DNA from: FCB group bacterium
GTDB taxonomy: Bacteria; Zixibacteria; MSB-5A5; GN15; JAAZOE01
DNA length: 64,000 nt
Assembly: GCA_024231695.1 (NCBI GenBank)
Contig: JAAEQF010000083.1
Location: forward strand, 588-64,587
Direction: 5' to 3'
Shown here: piece by piece, positions 28,320 through 38,387 of the stretch
Layout: every line of letters starts with the position of its first letter
Numbering within the stretch: the first letter of the stretch is position 1
Made by a program: the position numbers and the translations under genes
The notes under the pieces: generated by a model
What the model was told of the DNA's origin: nothing
The model's database searches: none
Seen by the model: only the letters and a program-made list of their open reading frames with translations

Positions 28320-29906
28320 TCAAATGCCGCCGTATTCCAGGTAATACTCTGCCCGTAATTTTTCTCCAGTGCCCCGCTCTAAAAGCGTTGTCCAATCTTC
28401 AAGGCACCCGAAGCGGTAGAAATTCTGGACCAGAAATTCCCGGGTATGCTGATTATCCAGAATCGAACCGTATTTCACTACCAGATAGTTGTAAGTTTGG
28501 GCTGCTATGCAGGAAGCAATCAGCCGGTTTTGAAGTCCGACCGGGTCAGAAATATACTCCGTTTGCAGCGCCCAGGGTTTCTGTTCTACCGAGCAGGGAA
28601 ACATCATCAGTTCCTGGAATATTTGGCCATAAATCCGGTCCAGATCAGAGAAAGGTTTTCTATATAATTCCCGTTCAAAACGAAGCTGAACCAGCATCAA
28701 CCGCAGATAATAGAGGCGGAAAAATTCACGAGCCGTTGCCAACTCCGACACCGCCGGTGCCGGTAATCCACCGTATTTCTGCTTCCAGCCATCCAAATCA
28801 ATCAGACCGGAGAAGATATGAGCCATTGCCTCATCAAAACAAGGAGCCGGTGGCCCAGAAAACAGAAATTCCCGTTGGTCGATATTCGCCAAATATATCG
28901 CCCGCCCGGTTTTCCGGAATAACCGATCCATTGAATTACGACCGTTTTTAAGCTCGATTACGACCCTGATATCATTAGGCGTATGAATGTCAAAGACGCT
29001 CGCCGTGCTGCCCTCTGACAACATGTTAACGGTATAATATATCGGTGTGGCATCAAGGCTTACGCCTATACCCTTAAAGGTATTCTTTAATGCTCGCAAC
29101 TGACGATCGGCACCATAATACGGCTCGTACTGAAGCTTCAATTGTTGCTCGGCATAATCGATATCCCCAATATGCATCTCGGTCAGATTAAGCGAGCCTC
29201 TTAGGGAATCAAGGCCTTTCCGATAGGCACCGGCGGATAATTCTTCCAAATCATCAAGCAATCCCCAGTAAGCCTCCCGGTCAATACCGTCCGCCTTCAA
29301 CATTAAATCATAATAGGAATTATAGCCGAGCCTGACCGCCGCTTGATTTCGCATTCGCGCCAGTGTTCCCAGACCATCGGCTACATCCTGCCCCATTCCC
29401 GTCAAGACGTTGTAGATTTCCTCGCGACGAAAACGGTTCGGCTCGGAACCAAGCGTTTCAGTTAACTCAAGTCGAGTTAATTGTCGTCCGTTATAATCAA
29501 ATCTTTGGCCATCAACCACCGCCGCCAGTGAATCAGTCATTTTCTTGATTGGGCGGCTGTAATCAATCACTGTTCGCAAATGTTTCCGCTGAATCAATTC
29601 CAGTTTTCGTTGATAACGTCCATCATCGACCGCGACTGCGTACCTTTGCAATTTCGAAAATCGCTCAGGGTCACCCAAGAAAGCTGTCTGGGCCTTTTGA
29701 TAAAAATCCAGAGAATCAGCTAGGCTGGAACTCATATTTTTCCAGCCCTGTAGAGCCAACTGCCTTTTCAGGAATTCGGCTCGGGATTCATAATCATCGA
29801 CAAAAGCGGTGATTTCAGATTGTGTTACCTGCTGAGTTCGGCATGATAACGTTCCCAACAGAACAAGCAGGATAATTGAACATAAGATGTGGATTTTCAT
29901 CGCCAC
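28320..29906 (-). CDS. M2/M3-family (zincin) peptidase-like lipoprotein, probably catalytically inactive
   Basis: Lipobox TLSC; RN..A..LGY.SYY, DIRV, EAMA, TGEKL motifs of M2/M3 peptidases; HExxH position reads RKTGR. Confidence 0.7.
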   Translation of the reverse strand: MAMKIHILCSIILLVLLGTLSCRTQQVTQSEITAFVDDYESRAEFLKRQLALQGWKNMSSSLADSLDFYQKAQTAFLGDPERFSKLQRYAVAVDDGRYQRKLELIQRKHLRTVIDYSRPIKKMTDSLAAVVDGQRFDYNGRQLTRLELTETLGSEPNRFRREEIYNVLTGMGQDVADGLGTLARMRNQAAVRLGYNSYYDLMLKADGIDREAYWGLLDDLEELSAGAYRKGLDSLRGSLNLTEMHIGDIDYAEQQLKLQYEPYYGADRQLRALKNTFKGIGVSLDATPIYYTVNMLSEGSTASVFDIHTPNDIRVVIELKNGRNSMDRLFRKTGRAIYLANIDQREFLFSGPPAPCFDEAMAHIFSGLIDLDGWKQKYGGLPAPAVSELATAREFFRLYYLRLMLVQLRFERELYRKPFSDLDRIYGQIFQELMMFPCSVEQKPWALQTEYISDPVGLQNRLIASCIAAQTYNYLVVKYGSILDNQHTREFLVQNFYRFGCLEDWTTLLERGTGEKLRAEYYLEYGGI

Positions 29907-29907
29907 C

Positions 29908-30336
29908 TCACTTGTCGATAAAATACTCCAGCGCCAGCAGATAACCGTCTATACCGAGCCCGCTGATCAGGCCGATGCATACTTCGGTCATAACCGATTT
30001 GCGCCGCCACTCTTCCCTTTGCTGGAGATTCGATATATGCACCTCAACTACCGGCCTGTCTACTGCGGCCAGACAATCGCGCAGGGCATAACTATAATGA
30101 GTAAAGGCTCCGGGATTGATAATTATTCCATCCGCGGTTTGGTATTCGGCATGAATGAAGTCGATCAGGCCGCCCTCATGATTGCTCTGGAAAGATTTGA
30201 TTTCAAGGCCCAGTTTTTGACCCTTTTCTTTCATCATCGCTTCGATTTCCGGCAATGTCGTCCGTCCATAAACGTCCGGTTCGCGTCGGCCCAAAAGATT
30301 GAGATTGGGTCCATTTATAACCAGTATCGTTTTCAT
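29908..30336 (-). CDS. aroQ: Type II 3-dehydroquinate dehydratase
   Basis: INGPNLNLLGRREP.VYG, QSNHEG, INPGAFTHYS, EVHISN. Confidence 0.97.
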   Translation of the reverse strand: MKTILVINGPNLNLLGRREPDVYGRTTLPEIEAMMKEKGQKLGLEIKSFQSNHEGGLIDFIHAEYQTADGIIINPGAFTHYSYALRDCLAAVDRPVVEVHISNLQQREEWRRKSVMTEVCIGLISGLGIDGYLLALEYFIDK

Positions 30337-31439
30337 CGAATGCTCCGGTTGTTGACAAACTCTTTCATAAAACCAATCGCTTCCAGAACCGCCCTCTCCG
30401 ACTTGACTGTCTTCACGGTTGGCCGTCCGATTCGATCCAGGAGTACAAATCGCAAACAGCCATTGTTACTTTTCTTATCGACAAACATGGGAGAGAAATA
30501 ATCATTCAACTCTTTTTTAAGCGGTGGCAATTCGGCCACCAAGCTCTCTAATAATCCAAGATAGCGCTTCATGGCAGGGAGGGAAAGCTTTCCGACGGTT
30601 TGCGACAGGTGCAGAGCTCCGATCATTCCGGCCAGTACAGCGGCTCCGTGGCGGTAACGCCGAAGGCCTTCGGCCTTCTCAATTGAATGCCCGAATGTAT
30701 GACCGAAATTCAATATTGCCCGTACGCCGTGATCGCACGTATCTCGCGAGACAATGTCGGCCTTGAACCGGGCCGCCTCGCGCACGAGATACTGCAGTCG
30801 TTTTGGATGACGGAAAAGTGATTCTGGATCGCATTCAACCGCCTCGGTCAAGAATTTCCGTGAGGAGAGAAAACCAACTTTGATGATTTCCCCCAGTCCT
30901 TCCAGCATTTCCCGGTGGCCAAGAGTACCCAGCCAAAATGGATCAATCAGCACTGCCCGGGGCTGATAGAAAGCGCCCAGCAGGTTTTTGCCCAGTTTGT
31001 GATTTACACCGACTTTACCCCCGATGGACGAATCGACCATGGCCAGAAGCGTCGTCGGTACCTGGATGAAATTAACCCCGCGCATATAGGTCGCGGCCAC
31101 CATCCCGGCCGTATCGCCGACAACGCCCCCACCGAAAGCAATAATGGTATCGCGTCGCCCCATCCGAATATCGAACAGGTGATCATAAAGGCGGTTTACG
31201 GTCAGTTGCGACTTGTACTTCTCCCCGTCACCGATCATAATCGGAATAGTTTCCAGGCGACCGGGCAAAAGCCTATTGATCAAAGCCCGGCCGTGTAAAG
31301 CATACACATTGGGATTAGAAATAATAACCGCCCGCCCGGTGTCGCTGACAATCCGGGCCACTTGCCTTTTATGATCGGAAAAGACAATCGGGTAATTGTT
31401 CGACCCGGTCTTGACCAATATATCTTTTTTGTTAGCCAT
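30333..31439 (-). CDS. aroB: 3-dehydroquinate synthase
   Basis: GGGVVGD, YMRG, PTTLLAMVDSSIGGK, LNFGHTFGH. Confidence 0.96.
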   Translation of the reverse strand: MANKKDILVKTGSNNYPIVFSDHKRQVARIVSDTGRAVIISNPNVYALHGRALINRLLPGRLETIPIMIGDGEKYKSQLTVNRLYDHLFDIRMGRRDTIIAFGGGVVGDTAGMVAATYMRGVNFIQVPTTLLAMVDSSIGGKVGVNHKLGKNLLGAFYQPRAVLIDPFWLGTLGHREMLEGLGEIIKVGFLSSRKFLTEAVECDPESLFRHPKRLQYLVREAARFKADIVSRDTCDHGVRAILNFGHTFGHSIEKAEGLRRYRHGAAVLAGMIGALHLSQTVGKLSLPAMKRYLGLLESLVAELPPLKKELNDYFSPMFVDKKSNNGCLRFVLLDRIGRPTVKTVKSERAVLEAIGFMKEFVNNRSIR

Positions 31440-31980
31440 CCCTGCTTAGACTATCCCTAATTTCCTCGGCCACTTCGGTTGGCGTCTTACTATCGGTATC
31501 GATAGTATCGTCAGCCTCCAGATAAAACGGCGTGCGCGTTTCTAGAAGCGATTTGATCCGAGACATGGCTGCCTCTTTCTCGTCGCCTTTGGTGCCACTC
31601 AGGGCTTTCAGCATCGGCCGCATATCGCTGTCCTGCAAACGCTCATAGACCGTTTCCGGCGATACTTTCAGATAAATCAAATGACCACAGCTTTTCAAGT
31701 AGGCCACAGCATGCTCATCTCCCATGGTGCCGCCGCCCAAAGCAATCACTATTTTTGACTGCTTGGCGGCCATGCGAACGACATCCGATTCGGCAAATCG
31801 AAACTTGCCTTCGCCCAACTGCATGAATATTTCTGGTATTGTTTTCCCGAAATGATCCTCGACTACCTTATCGGTATCGACGAATTCATATCCTATTTGC
31901 TCAGCCAGAATTTTTCCGGTTTCGGTTTTTCCCGAACCTGAAAAACCGCATAGAAGTAAAACCGCCGGCATATCTTTCAT
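31432..31980 (-). CDS. aroK: Shikimate kinase
   Basis: GFSGSGKT, DTD, GE..FR..E, ALGGG, RP.L. Confidence 0.93.
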   Translation of the reverse strand: MKDMPAVLLLCGFSGSGKTETGKILAEQIGYEFVDTDKVVEDHFGKTIPEIFMQLGEGKFRFAESDVVRMAAKQSKIVIALGGGTMGDEHAVAYLKSCGHLIYLKVSPETVYERLQDSDMRPMLKALSGTKGDEKEAAMSRIKSLLETRTPFYLEADDTIDTDSKTPTEVAEEIRDSLSRDG

Positions 31981-31982
31981 TG

Positions 31983-32831
31983 CTAATCCTCACTTATTGA
32001 CAATTGTTTACAGATATTCTGCCCCAGGCCATCAATGTCTATTTCCCTCTCCGTCCAGACATTATACGATGTCAGGGCCTGTATCACCAGCATTGAAATC
32101 CCATTTATCGTCCGGCATTCACTTTTTTTAGCCCGGTTTAAAAAAACAGTTTCCCGGGGCCGGTACACTAAATCATAACATAATGGTTTTCCGGCAAAGC
32201 GAAACGATTCCGGCATGGGCGATATATCACGATATTCAAAACCGCCCAAAGGAGTACAGTTTATTATCAGATCGAATTTATCGTTGTCGATTATATCATC
32301 ATAACAACCGCCCTGCAATTGGGCCGCCTCGGAATACTCGTTTACCTCCGAGGCAAAGCGGGTCGATTTTTCCCGGTCTCGCCCGATAATTTTAATTTCG
32401 GTTTGAGGATATTCTCGAAGAAGAGCCCAGATAACCGCCCGCGCTGCACCGCCGTGCCCCATAACCATAATCTTTTTCAATTCCTGGGTCAGACGGCGTA
32501 TAGGATAAATAAATCCGGCCGTATCGGTATTCAAACCGAACAAGGAACCATCGCGTGTCTTGATCGAGTTGACCGCACCGATTTGCCGGGCCTCATAACT
32601 GGAAAAGTCAAGATATGGCATGATTGCCCGCTTGTGCGGAATAGTGACCGAGATTCCGTCGAGTTTTTTCAAGTCTTCCTTAAGCTCAGGTAGCCTGCTA
32701 ATAGGTTGGTCAAATATTGTAAACTCGATCGCGATTCCTTCCAGTTTGGCTATTTGTGAAAATATTTCTGGCGAAAGCGAATAAGATATCCCCTGCCCCA
32801 CCAGTCCAAAATGAAAAGGGCCTTCGCTCAC
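31983..32831 (-). CDS. aroE: Shikimate dehydrogenase
   Basis: SLSP, VTIPHK, GAVN, NTD..GF, G.GGAA, NCTPLG, DLVYRP. Confidence 0.93.
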   Translation of the reverse strand: MSEGPFHFGLVGQGISYSLSPEIFSQIAKLEGIAIEFTIFDQPISRLPELKEDLKKLDGISVTIPHKRAIMPYLDFSSYEARQIGAVNSIKTRDGSLFGLNTDTAGFIYPIRRLTQELKKIMVMGHGGAARAVIWALLREYPQTEIKIIGRDREKSTRFASEVNEYSEAAQLQGGCYDDIIDNDKFDLIINCTPLGGFEYRDISPMPESFRFAGKPLCYDLVYRPRETVFLNRAKKSECRTINGISMLVIQALTSYNVWTEREIDIDGLGQNICKQLSISED

Positions 32832-34180
32832 AACCTCAAGCCTTCCAGCATAGTAAAGAAATTCGGGCAGGAAGTCTCCACCGCCTCACTGTTGGTGATA
32901 ACCGTTTTGCCATGAGCGGCCATGCCGGCAACGGCGAAGGCCATGGCAATACGATGATCGCCGAACGAATCAAGCTCAGCCCCGCTAAGATCCTCGACGC
33001 CCTCAATGATAAAACCGTCGGGCAGTTCCCCAACTTTGACACCCATCAAGCTCAAATTTGCCACAACCGCCCTGATCCGATCAGTTTCCTTGACGCGCAG
33101 TTCCGACGCATCCCGAAATATGGTTGTGCCCTCCGTCTGCGCCGCCAGAACGGCCAGAATGGGTATTTCGTCGATCAGGTTGGGAACAACATCGCCGGAT
33201 ACTTTGCGAGACCTCAATTTTGCATAGGATATTTCGATATCCCCTACCGGCTCGCCCGACAATTCCCGCCTGTTTTTTATTATTAAATTCGCGCCCATTC
33301 TTTTCAAAATGGTCAAAAAGGCGCTGCGCGTCGGATTCAGTCCGACATCCTTGATTATCAGATGGCTATTGCGAACCATCAAGGCCAGCGCAATAAAATA
33401 CGATGCTGTCGATAAGTCGCCGGGGATTTCCACCGTTCCTCCAGCCAATGCTGTCCCGCCATTCAGGATTATTGCGCGTTTATATTCTTCGGTGTCCAAT
33501 ACCCGTTTCTTTTTGCGAGGATCATCAGGATCGGGAACAATTCTGGACTTGACATCCTCTACCTTAATACTGCCGCCAAAATGAGCAATCATTCGTTCTG
33601 TATGATCGCGAGTCAGGTTCTTTTCCCGGATTGTAACGGCATTACCCGAGGCCAGTCCGGCCAATAGCAAGGACGATTTAATCTGAGCCGAAGCTAATGG
33701 CATCGTATAATCGATCGGTATCAGCAATCCCGGAGCGATGTTCAACGGAGCGATATCATGTTCACCAGCATCAATAGCGGCATTCATCTGCCGCAATGGA
33801 TCGACAATTCGCTTCATTGGTCTTTGCGAAAGCGAATCATCGCCGATCAGTCGTGCGGTCACGCCGGCTCCGGCTAATAGACCGGCCAGCAGTCTCATCG
33901 TTGTCCCGGAATTGCCGCATTCAATTGGTCCATCGGGATCGGCAATTCTGTTCGGCGGTGTCAGCTGCACCGTGCCGTTGTCTTTTTCTACCTGCGCCCC
34001 CAAGGCACGCACAGCTTCAAGCGAGTGATTGCAGTCGGCTCCATCGGCGTAATTGACCGCCACCACTTTTTCCTGACATAACAATGACATAAGGGCGACT
34101 CGATGTGAGATAGACTTGTCTCCGGGTAGGGTTAGACAGCCCTGGATTTTCTTGCAGCGTTCTATTTTTATTTCGCTCAC
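32828..34180 (-). CDS. aroA: 3-phosphoshikimate 1-carboxyvinyltransferase (class II EPSP synthase)
   Basis: PGDKSISHR, GNSGTT, SAQIKS, RDHTERM, LRVKETDR, DHRIAM. Confidence 0.97.
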   Translation of the reverse strand: MSEIKIERCKKIQGCLTLPGDKSISHRVALMSLLCQEKVVAVNYADGADCNHSLEAVRALGAQVEKDNGTVQLTPPNRIADPDGPIECGNSGTTMRLLAGLLAGAGVTARLIGDDSLSQRPMKRIVDPLRQMNAAIDAGEHDIAPLNIAPGLLIPIDYTMPLASAQIKSSLLLAGLASGNAVTIREKNLTRDHTERMIAHFGGSIKVEDVKSRIVPDPDDPRKKKRVLDTEEYKRAIILNGGTALAGGTVEIPGDLSTASYFIALALMVRNSHLIIKDVGLNPTRSAFLTILKRMGANLIIKNRRELSGEPVGDIEISYAKLRSRKVSGDVVPNLIDEIPILAVLAAQTEGTTIFRDASELRVKETDRIRAVVANLSLMGVKVGELPDGFIIEGVEDLSGAELDSFGDHRIAMAFAVAGMAAHGKTVITNSEAVETSCPNFFTMLEGLRL

Positions 34181-34215
34181 TGATTACTCCGTCAAAATCA
34201 CAATATGTTCGAAAG

Positions 34216-35982
34216 CTACATTTCTTCCGGCGCTTCGATCCCCAAAAGATATAAGCCCTCTTTTAAAACCGTCTGCACCGCCGCTATCAAAAGCATACGC
34301 GCCCGTGTCGCCTTTTCGTCATCGGAAATAATTTTTATCAGCCGGCCCTCGGCATCCTTACGCTGATAAAAACGATTGAAAACCGCTGCCAACTCCAAAA
34401 GATATTCGGCCATCATACTGGGTTCATATTTCTTGGCCGCCGATTCGACGACCTGACCGAAACGATAGAGTTGGAGCAGAAGTTCCTTCTCCTCAAACGA
34501 CTCATACTGATCGAAATCGACGTCAGGCTTTACAGAACCTCCGAATTTGCGCAGCAAGGCCGACAAACGCGCATGAGTATATTGCAGGTACGGCCCGGTT
34601 TCACCTTCGAAATTGAGCACTTCTTCCCAGGAAAAATTGACATCTTTATGTTTCTTCACTCCCAGGTCGGCGAATATTATCGCCCCCAGGGCTACCGTCC
34701 GAGCCGTCTTATCCAGATCGGGAAGATTCGGGTTTTTGCTTTTAATAATTTGTGTGGCCTTTTCCACGGCCGTGTTGATAACGTCATCGAGGAAAACGAT
34801 ATTTCCCTTGCGAGTGGACATGGCCTGATCTTTAAATCGTATCCAACCGAATTCGACATGCACCAGCCGGTCGGCGTAATCCTCTCCCAGCAGTTCGACT
34901 ACTTTGAAAACCTGTTTGAAATGTTCGCGCTGAGCTGATCCGACGACATAAATCGCCTTGTCAAAATGAAATTGCTCGTGACGGAAAAATATCCCGGCCA
35001 GATCGCGTGTGGCATATAGAGTAGCACCATCCGCCTTTTTCAATAGGCAGGGCGTCATATCGAAATCATCCAGCTTGACTACCAACGCGCCCTCGGATTC
35101 GACGGCCAGCCCGGCCTCTTTAAGTCTATTTACCGCCGGCTCTGTTTTGTCATTATAAAATGACTCACCAGTATAATGATCAAACCTGACTCCAAGGGTG
35201 TCGTAAATACGCTGAAATTCTTCCAGTGAATATTCCTTGAACAGGTTCCAAAGGGCAGTCGCCTCTTTATCGCCCTCCTCTAATCCCTTGAATGCGGTTC
35301 GAGCCTCATCGCCAAGCGCTGGATTTTCTTCCTCTTCGCTATGAAAACGAACATAGAGATCGAAAAGCGTATCAATCGGTTTCTTTTTCAGTTCCGCCTC
35401 ATCGCCCCACTTTTGAAAGGCGACGATCATCTTGCCGAATTGAGTGCCCCAATCGCCCAGATGATTGATCCCGATAGTGTTGTAACCCAGTTTATGGTAA
35501 AGGCGATAGAGAGAATTACCCAGCGCGGTTGAGCGCAGATGCCCGACTCCGAATGGCTTGGCGATATTCGGTGAGGAAAAGTCGATAACGATATTTTTTT
35601 CCTGACCGACTTTTTGACTGCCATAAGCATTTCCCTCGCGGTGAATACCGGGCAGAACTTCTTTGGCCAAATCAGGTACGGTAACGGTAAAGTTGATATA
35701 TGGTCCGGTAATTGAATAGCCGCTCACCTCAAGCTTTTCCGCTATATTGGCGGCAATTACGGGCGGCTTTTCTTTGAGTACACCCGCCAGGAAAAAAGCC
35801 GGAAAGGCAAAATCGCCCATTTTATGATCCCGCGGCCTTTCAATTTTGCCGTAGAGAAAATCTTCCAGTTTCTCCGGCTCTACTTTGAAAAATGCGGCGA
35901 TATCCTCAAATCTATCCTTATAAGCCGCCTCAACAGCCTGGATTAAATGGCGGGCGATATCTCTTTTAAATACGTTTTCCAT
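34216..35982 (-). CDS. argS: Arginine--tRNA ligase
   Basis: DFSSPNIAKPFGVGHLRS, GDWGTQFG, MSTRKG, GETGPYLQY, C-terminal PEEM. Confidence 0.97.
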   Translation of the reverse strand: MENVFKRDIARHLIQAVEAAYKDRFEDIAAFFKVEPEKLEDFLYGKIERPRDHKMGDFAFPAFFLAGVLKEKPPVIAANIAEKLEVSGYSITGPYINFTVTVPDLAKEVLPGIHREGNAYGSQKVGQEKNIVIDFSSPNIAKPFGVGHLRSTALGNSLYRLYHKLGYNTIGINHLGDWGTQFGKMIVAFQKWGDEAELKKKPIDTLFDLYVRFHSEEEENPALGDEARTAFKGLEEGDKEATALWNLFKEYSLEEFQRIYDTLGVRFDHYTGESFYNDKTEPAVNRLKEAGLAVESEGALVVKLDDFDMTPCLLKKADGATLYATRDLAGIFFRHEQFHFDKAIYVVGSAQREHFKQVFKVVELLGEDYADRLVHVEFGWIRFKDQAMSTRKGNIVFLDDVINTAVEKATQIIKSKNPNLPDLDKTARTVALGAIIFADLGVKKHKDVNFSWEEVLNFEGETGPYLQYTHARLSALLRKFGGSVKPDVDFDQYESFEEKELLLQLYRFGQVVESAAKKYEPSMMAEYLLELAAVFNRFYQRKDAEGRLIKIISDDEKATRARMLLIAAVQTVLKEGLYLLGIEAPEEM

Positions 35983-36084
35983 CTATCCACTTTCCCGTTC
36001 GTCAATCTGTTAATGTAATTACGAGCGATCCGAAGCGCAACTTTATATTTGGGACGTTTTGTAAGCCTCGCCGGCCAACTGGCA

Positions 36085-37365
36085 TCAACCGGTCATTTTA
36101 TAATCGGTTTTAATAATAAATCCTTCGGGTGTGAACTTCTCCGCTTTACGAAAAGCAACGTAGTAGATCACCGCCGAAATAATATATAGAATTATCGCCA
36201 CTACCAATGAAACGGTGTATCCGTGCTTTTCGATAACATATCCCCCGATCTGAGTGGATATCATCCATGAGGATGTCCAGGCGAACATCAGGAAAGCATT
36301 GACCAGGGCATGCATTGATTTGGGGACCATCTCCATGGCAAAATTAGTTCCGATCGGATGGCCCATATTCATGAGAGCGCCCCGCAGAAGAAAAGCGAGG
36401 AAGACCAGCGGAAAGTTGTAGCTGAAAGCCAATATCAGCATGAACGGTATCGAAGCCAATTCGGTAAAAACCATGGTCCGCACCATTCCCAATTTTCGCA
36501 CCAGAATCGGCCCGGCCATAATCCCGATAAACATGGTCAGGTTCACCAGACCAAAGTACAGGCCGATCTCATCCGGCTCCCGACCGAACCGATCACGAAA
36601 GAACAGGTTGAGAAACGGGATGATCATCCCGGCTCCGGTACCGACGACGAAATACGGCAGACTGAGTTTGAACAGAAGCCCTTTCAAAGGCGCTAATGAG
36701 CGAAAACTCATTTCGAGGCGATCCTCGTCCGCCAGACGTTTCGGCATCTCGATCAAGCTGAAAGGGAAAAGCGCCAATAGTGAAAAAAGTATGCCGACGG
36801 TCATGGCCAGTCGATGGGCTCCGATCATATCATAGCCGGCCGTACCTGCAAAATATTCAACCATTTCGCCGAAAACAAGTGATCCGATCACACCGGCAAC
36901 AACGGCAATCCCGAATGAAAGCGAAAACAGATAGGGTCTTTCCGTTGGCGACGAATTACGCATAAAAAACGGCGCCGCAGCGATGCGATAAAAGGTCATC
37001 ATCGCTCCGGTGAGAAAATACGCTGCCCAGATCAGTTCCTTGACATCGGTATAGATGGTAAACAGGCCGAAAACCACAAACAGCAGGGTGGAGATAATCA
37101 ACACCGGCTTGAGACGCACCCGGGATAAGAGCACGGCTCCGGGGATAGATACCAGGGTCATACCGATTGCCCCGGCGGATAAAACCGAGCCGATAAATCC
37201 TTCGCCATATCCCTTTTCGCGAAGATAGAGATTAAGCAGCAGCATAAACGAGGAGAAAGTCATCCCGATAAAAAAGGCGCCCAGAAGATACTTGCGCGCG
37301 TTCGGCGTAAGCTTTTTCAAATCGCCGATGTAAGTTGTTATTCCAACTCTGATGCGGTCAATCAT
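36085..37365 (-). CDS. MFS transporter
   Basis: About 12 hydrophobic segments in two halves; ATG 37365 overlaps the TGA of the upstream trpD-like gene (ATGA). Confidence 0.88.
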   Translation of the reverse strand: MIDRIRVGITTYIGDLKKLTPNARKYLLGAFFIGMTFSSFMLLLNLYLREKGYGEGFIGSVLSAGAIGMTLVSIPGAVLLSRVRLKPVLIISTLLFVVFGLFTIYTDVKELIWAAYFLTGAMMTFYRIAAAPFFMRNSSPTERPYLFSLSFGIAVVAGVIGSLVFGEMVEYFAGTAGYDMIGAHRLAMTVGILFSLLALFPFSLIEMPKRLADEDRLEMSFRSLAPLKGLLFKLSLPYFVVGTGAGMIIPFLNLFFRDRFGREPDEIGLYFGLVNLTMFIGIMAGPILVRKLGMVRTMVFTELASIPFMLILAFSYNFPLVFLAFLLRGALMNMGHPIGTNFAMEMVPKSMHALVNAFLMFAWTSSWMISTQIGGYVIEKHGYTVSLVVAIILYIISAVIYYVAFRKAEKFTPEGFIIKTDYKMTG

Positions 37366-38381
37366 TTTACGCCCAAGCGTTTGGAAAACGCTTTCCACTC
37401 TCCCAGCTTTTCTTTGGCCTTACCTGATTTGATTGTCTCCACAGCCGCGTCAACGCCCTCCTTGATCGAAGCCGCTTGTCCGGCGGCATAAATCGCCGCT
37501 CCGGCATTAAAAGCGGCTATGTCGAAACAAGCACCCGTTCTGCCTTTTAATATATCGTTAATAATGACCGCATTATGATCGGCGTCGCTTCCTCTAATTT
37601 CGCTAATATCGGCTGCGGCCAAACCGACATCCTCCGCCGTCAGATCATACTTTTTCATATTCACGCCGTCAATTTCAACCAGATGATTAACAGCCGACAA
37701 AGACAATTCATCCAATCCATCTTCGGAAGAAAAGGCCACAACTCTTCCCGTATCGAGTCGCGCCAAAGCCTCGGTTAAAAGCTCCAGTCGTGCGGTCGGA
37801 TGAACGCCCATAACCAAAGCTCCGGATCCGGCCGGTCCGACCAACGGCGTTAATAGATCAAAGGCGGTCATAAACCCCAATTCCCTGCGCGCGCCCAATG
37901 TCCAGGTCAGGGTTGGGTTGAATATCGGTCCAAACATACAACCAATACCGGTTTCCTCAATCGAGGCCACCACTGATTTCGGTCCGCAATCTACTTTAAT
38001 TCCCAAGGCCATCAAAACGTCGGCCGATCCGCATGGCGATGACACAGCCCGGTTGATATGCTTGGCGATTTTCACTCCGGCCGCCGCGGCCACAATTGAT
38101 GCCACCGTGGAAATATTAAAGGTCCGGCCGCCATCCCCTCCGGTGCCACAGATATCAACAAGATCAGCCGAATGGATTCCGGTTGCCAAAGATCTTTCCC
38201 GAACGGCTTTGATCATCCCGGCGATCTCGTCCACCGTCTCCCCTTTGGCCTTCAAGGCCGCCAGGAAGCCACCCAGTTGCGCCGGAGTTGCTTTACCCGA
38301 CAATATCTTATGCATGGCCCGTTCGGATTCTTCGAACCCGATATCATTACCAGCCGTAAGTTGTTCAAGAATTTTCTTCAT
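37362..38381 (-). CDS. trpD: Anthranilate phosphoribosyltransferase-like protein (divergent)
   Basis: KGET..E, CGTGGD, FNIST, GSAD, GLDE; KHGNR reads KHINR and FNxxGPLxNP reads FDLLTPLVGP. Confidence 0.75.
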   Translation of the reverse strand: MKKILEQLTAGNDIGFEESERAMHKILSGKATPAQLGGFLAALKAKGETVDEIAGMIKAVRERSLATGIHSADLVDICGTGGDGGRTFNISTVASIVAAAAGVKIAKHINRAVSSPCGSADVLMALGIKVDCGPKSVVASIEETGIGCMFGPIFNPTLTWTLGARRELGFMTAFDLLTPLVGPAGSGALVMGVHPTARLELLTEALARLDTGRVVAFSSEDGLDELSLSAVNHLVEIDGVNMKKYDLTAEDVGLAAADISEIRGSDADHNAVIINDILKGRTGACFDIAAFNAGAAIYAAGQAASIKEGVDAAVETIKSGKAKEKLGEWKAFSKRLGVK

Positions 38382-38387
38382 ATCATC

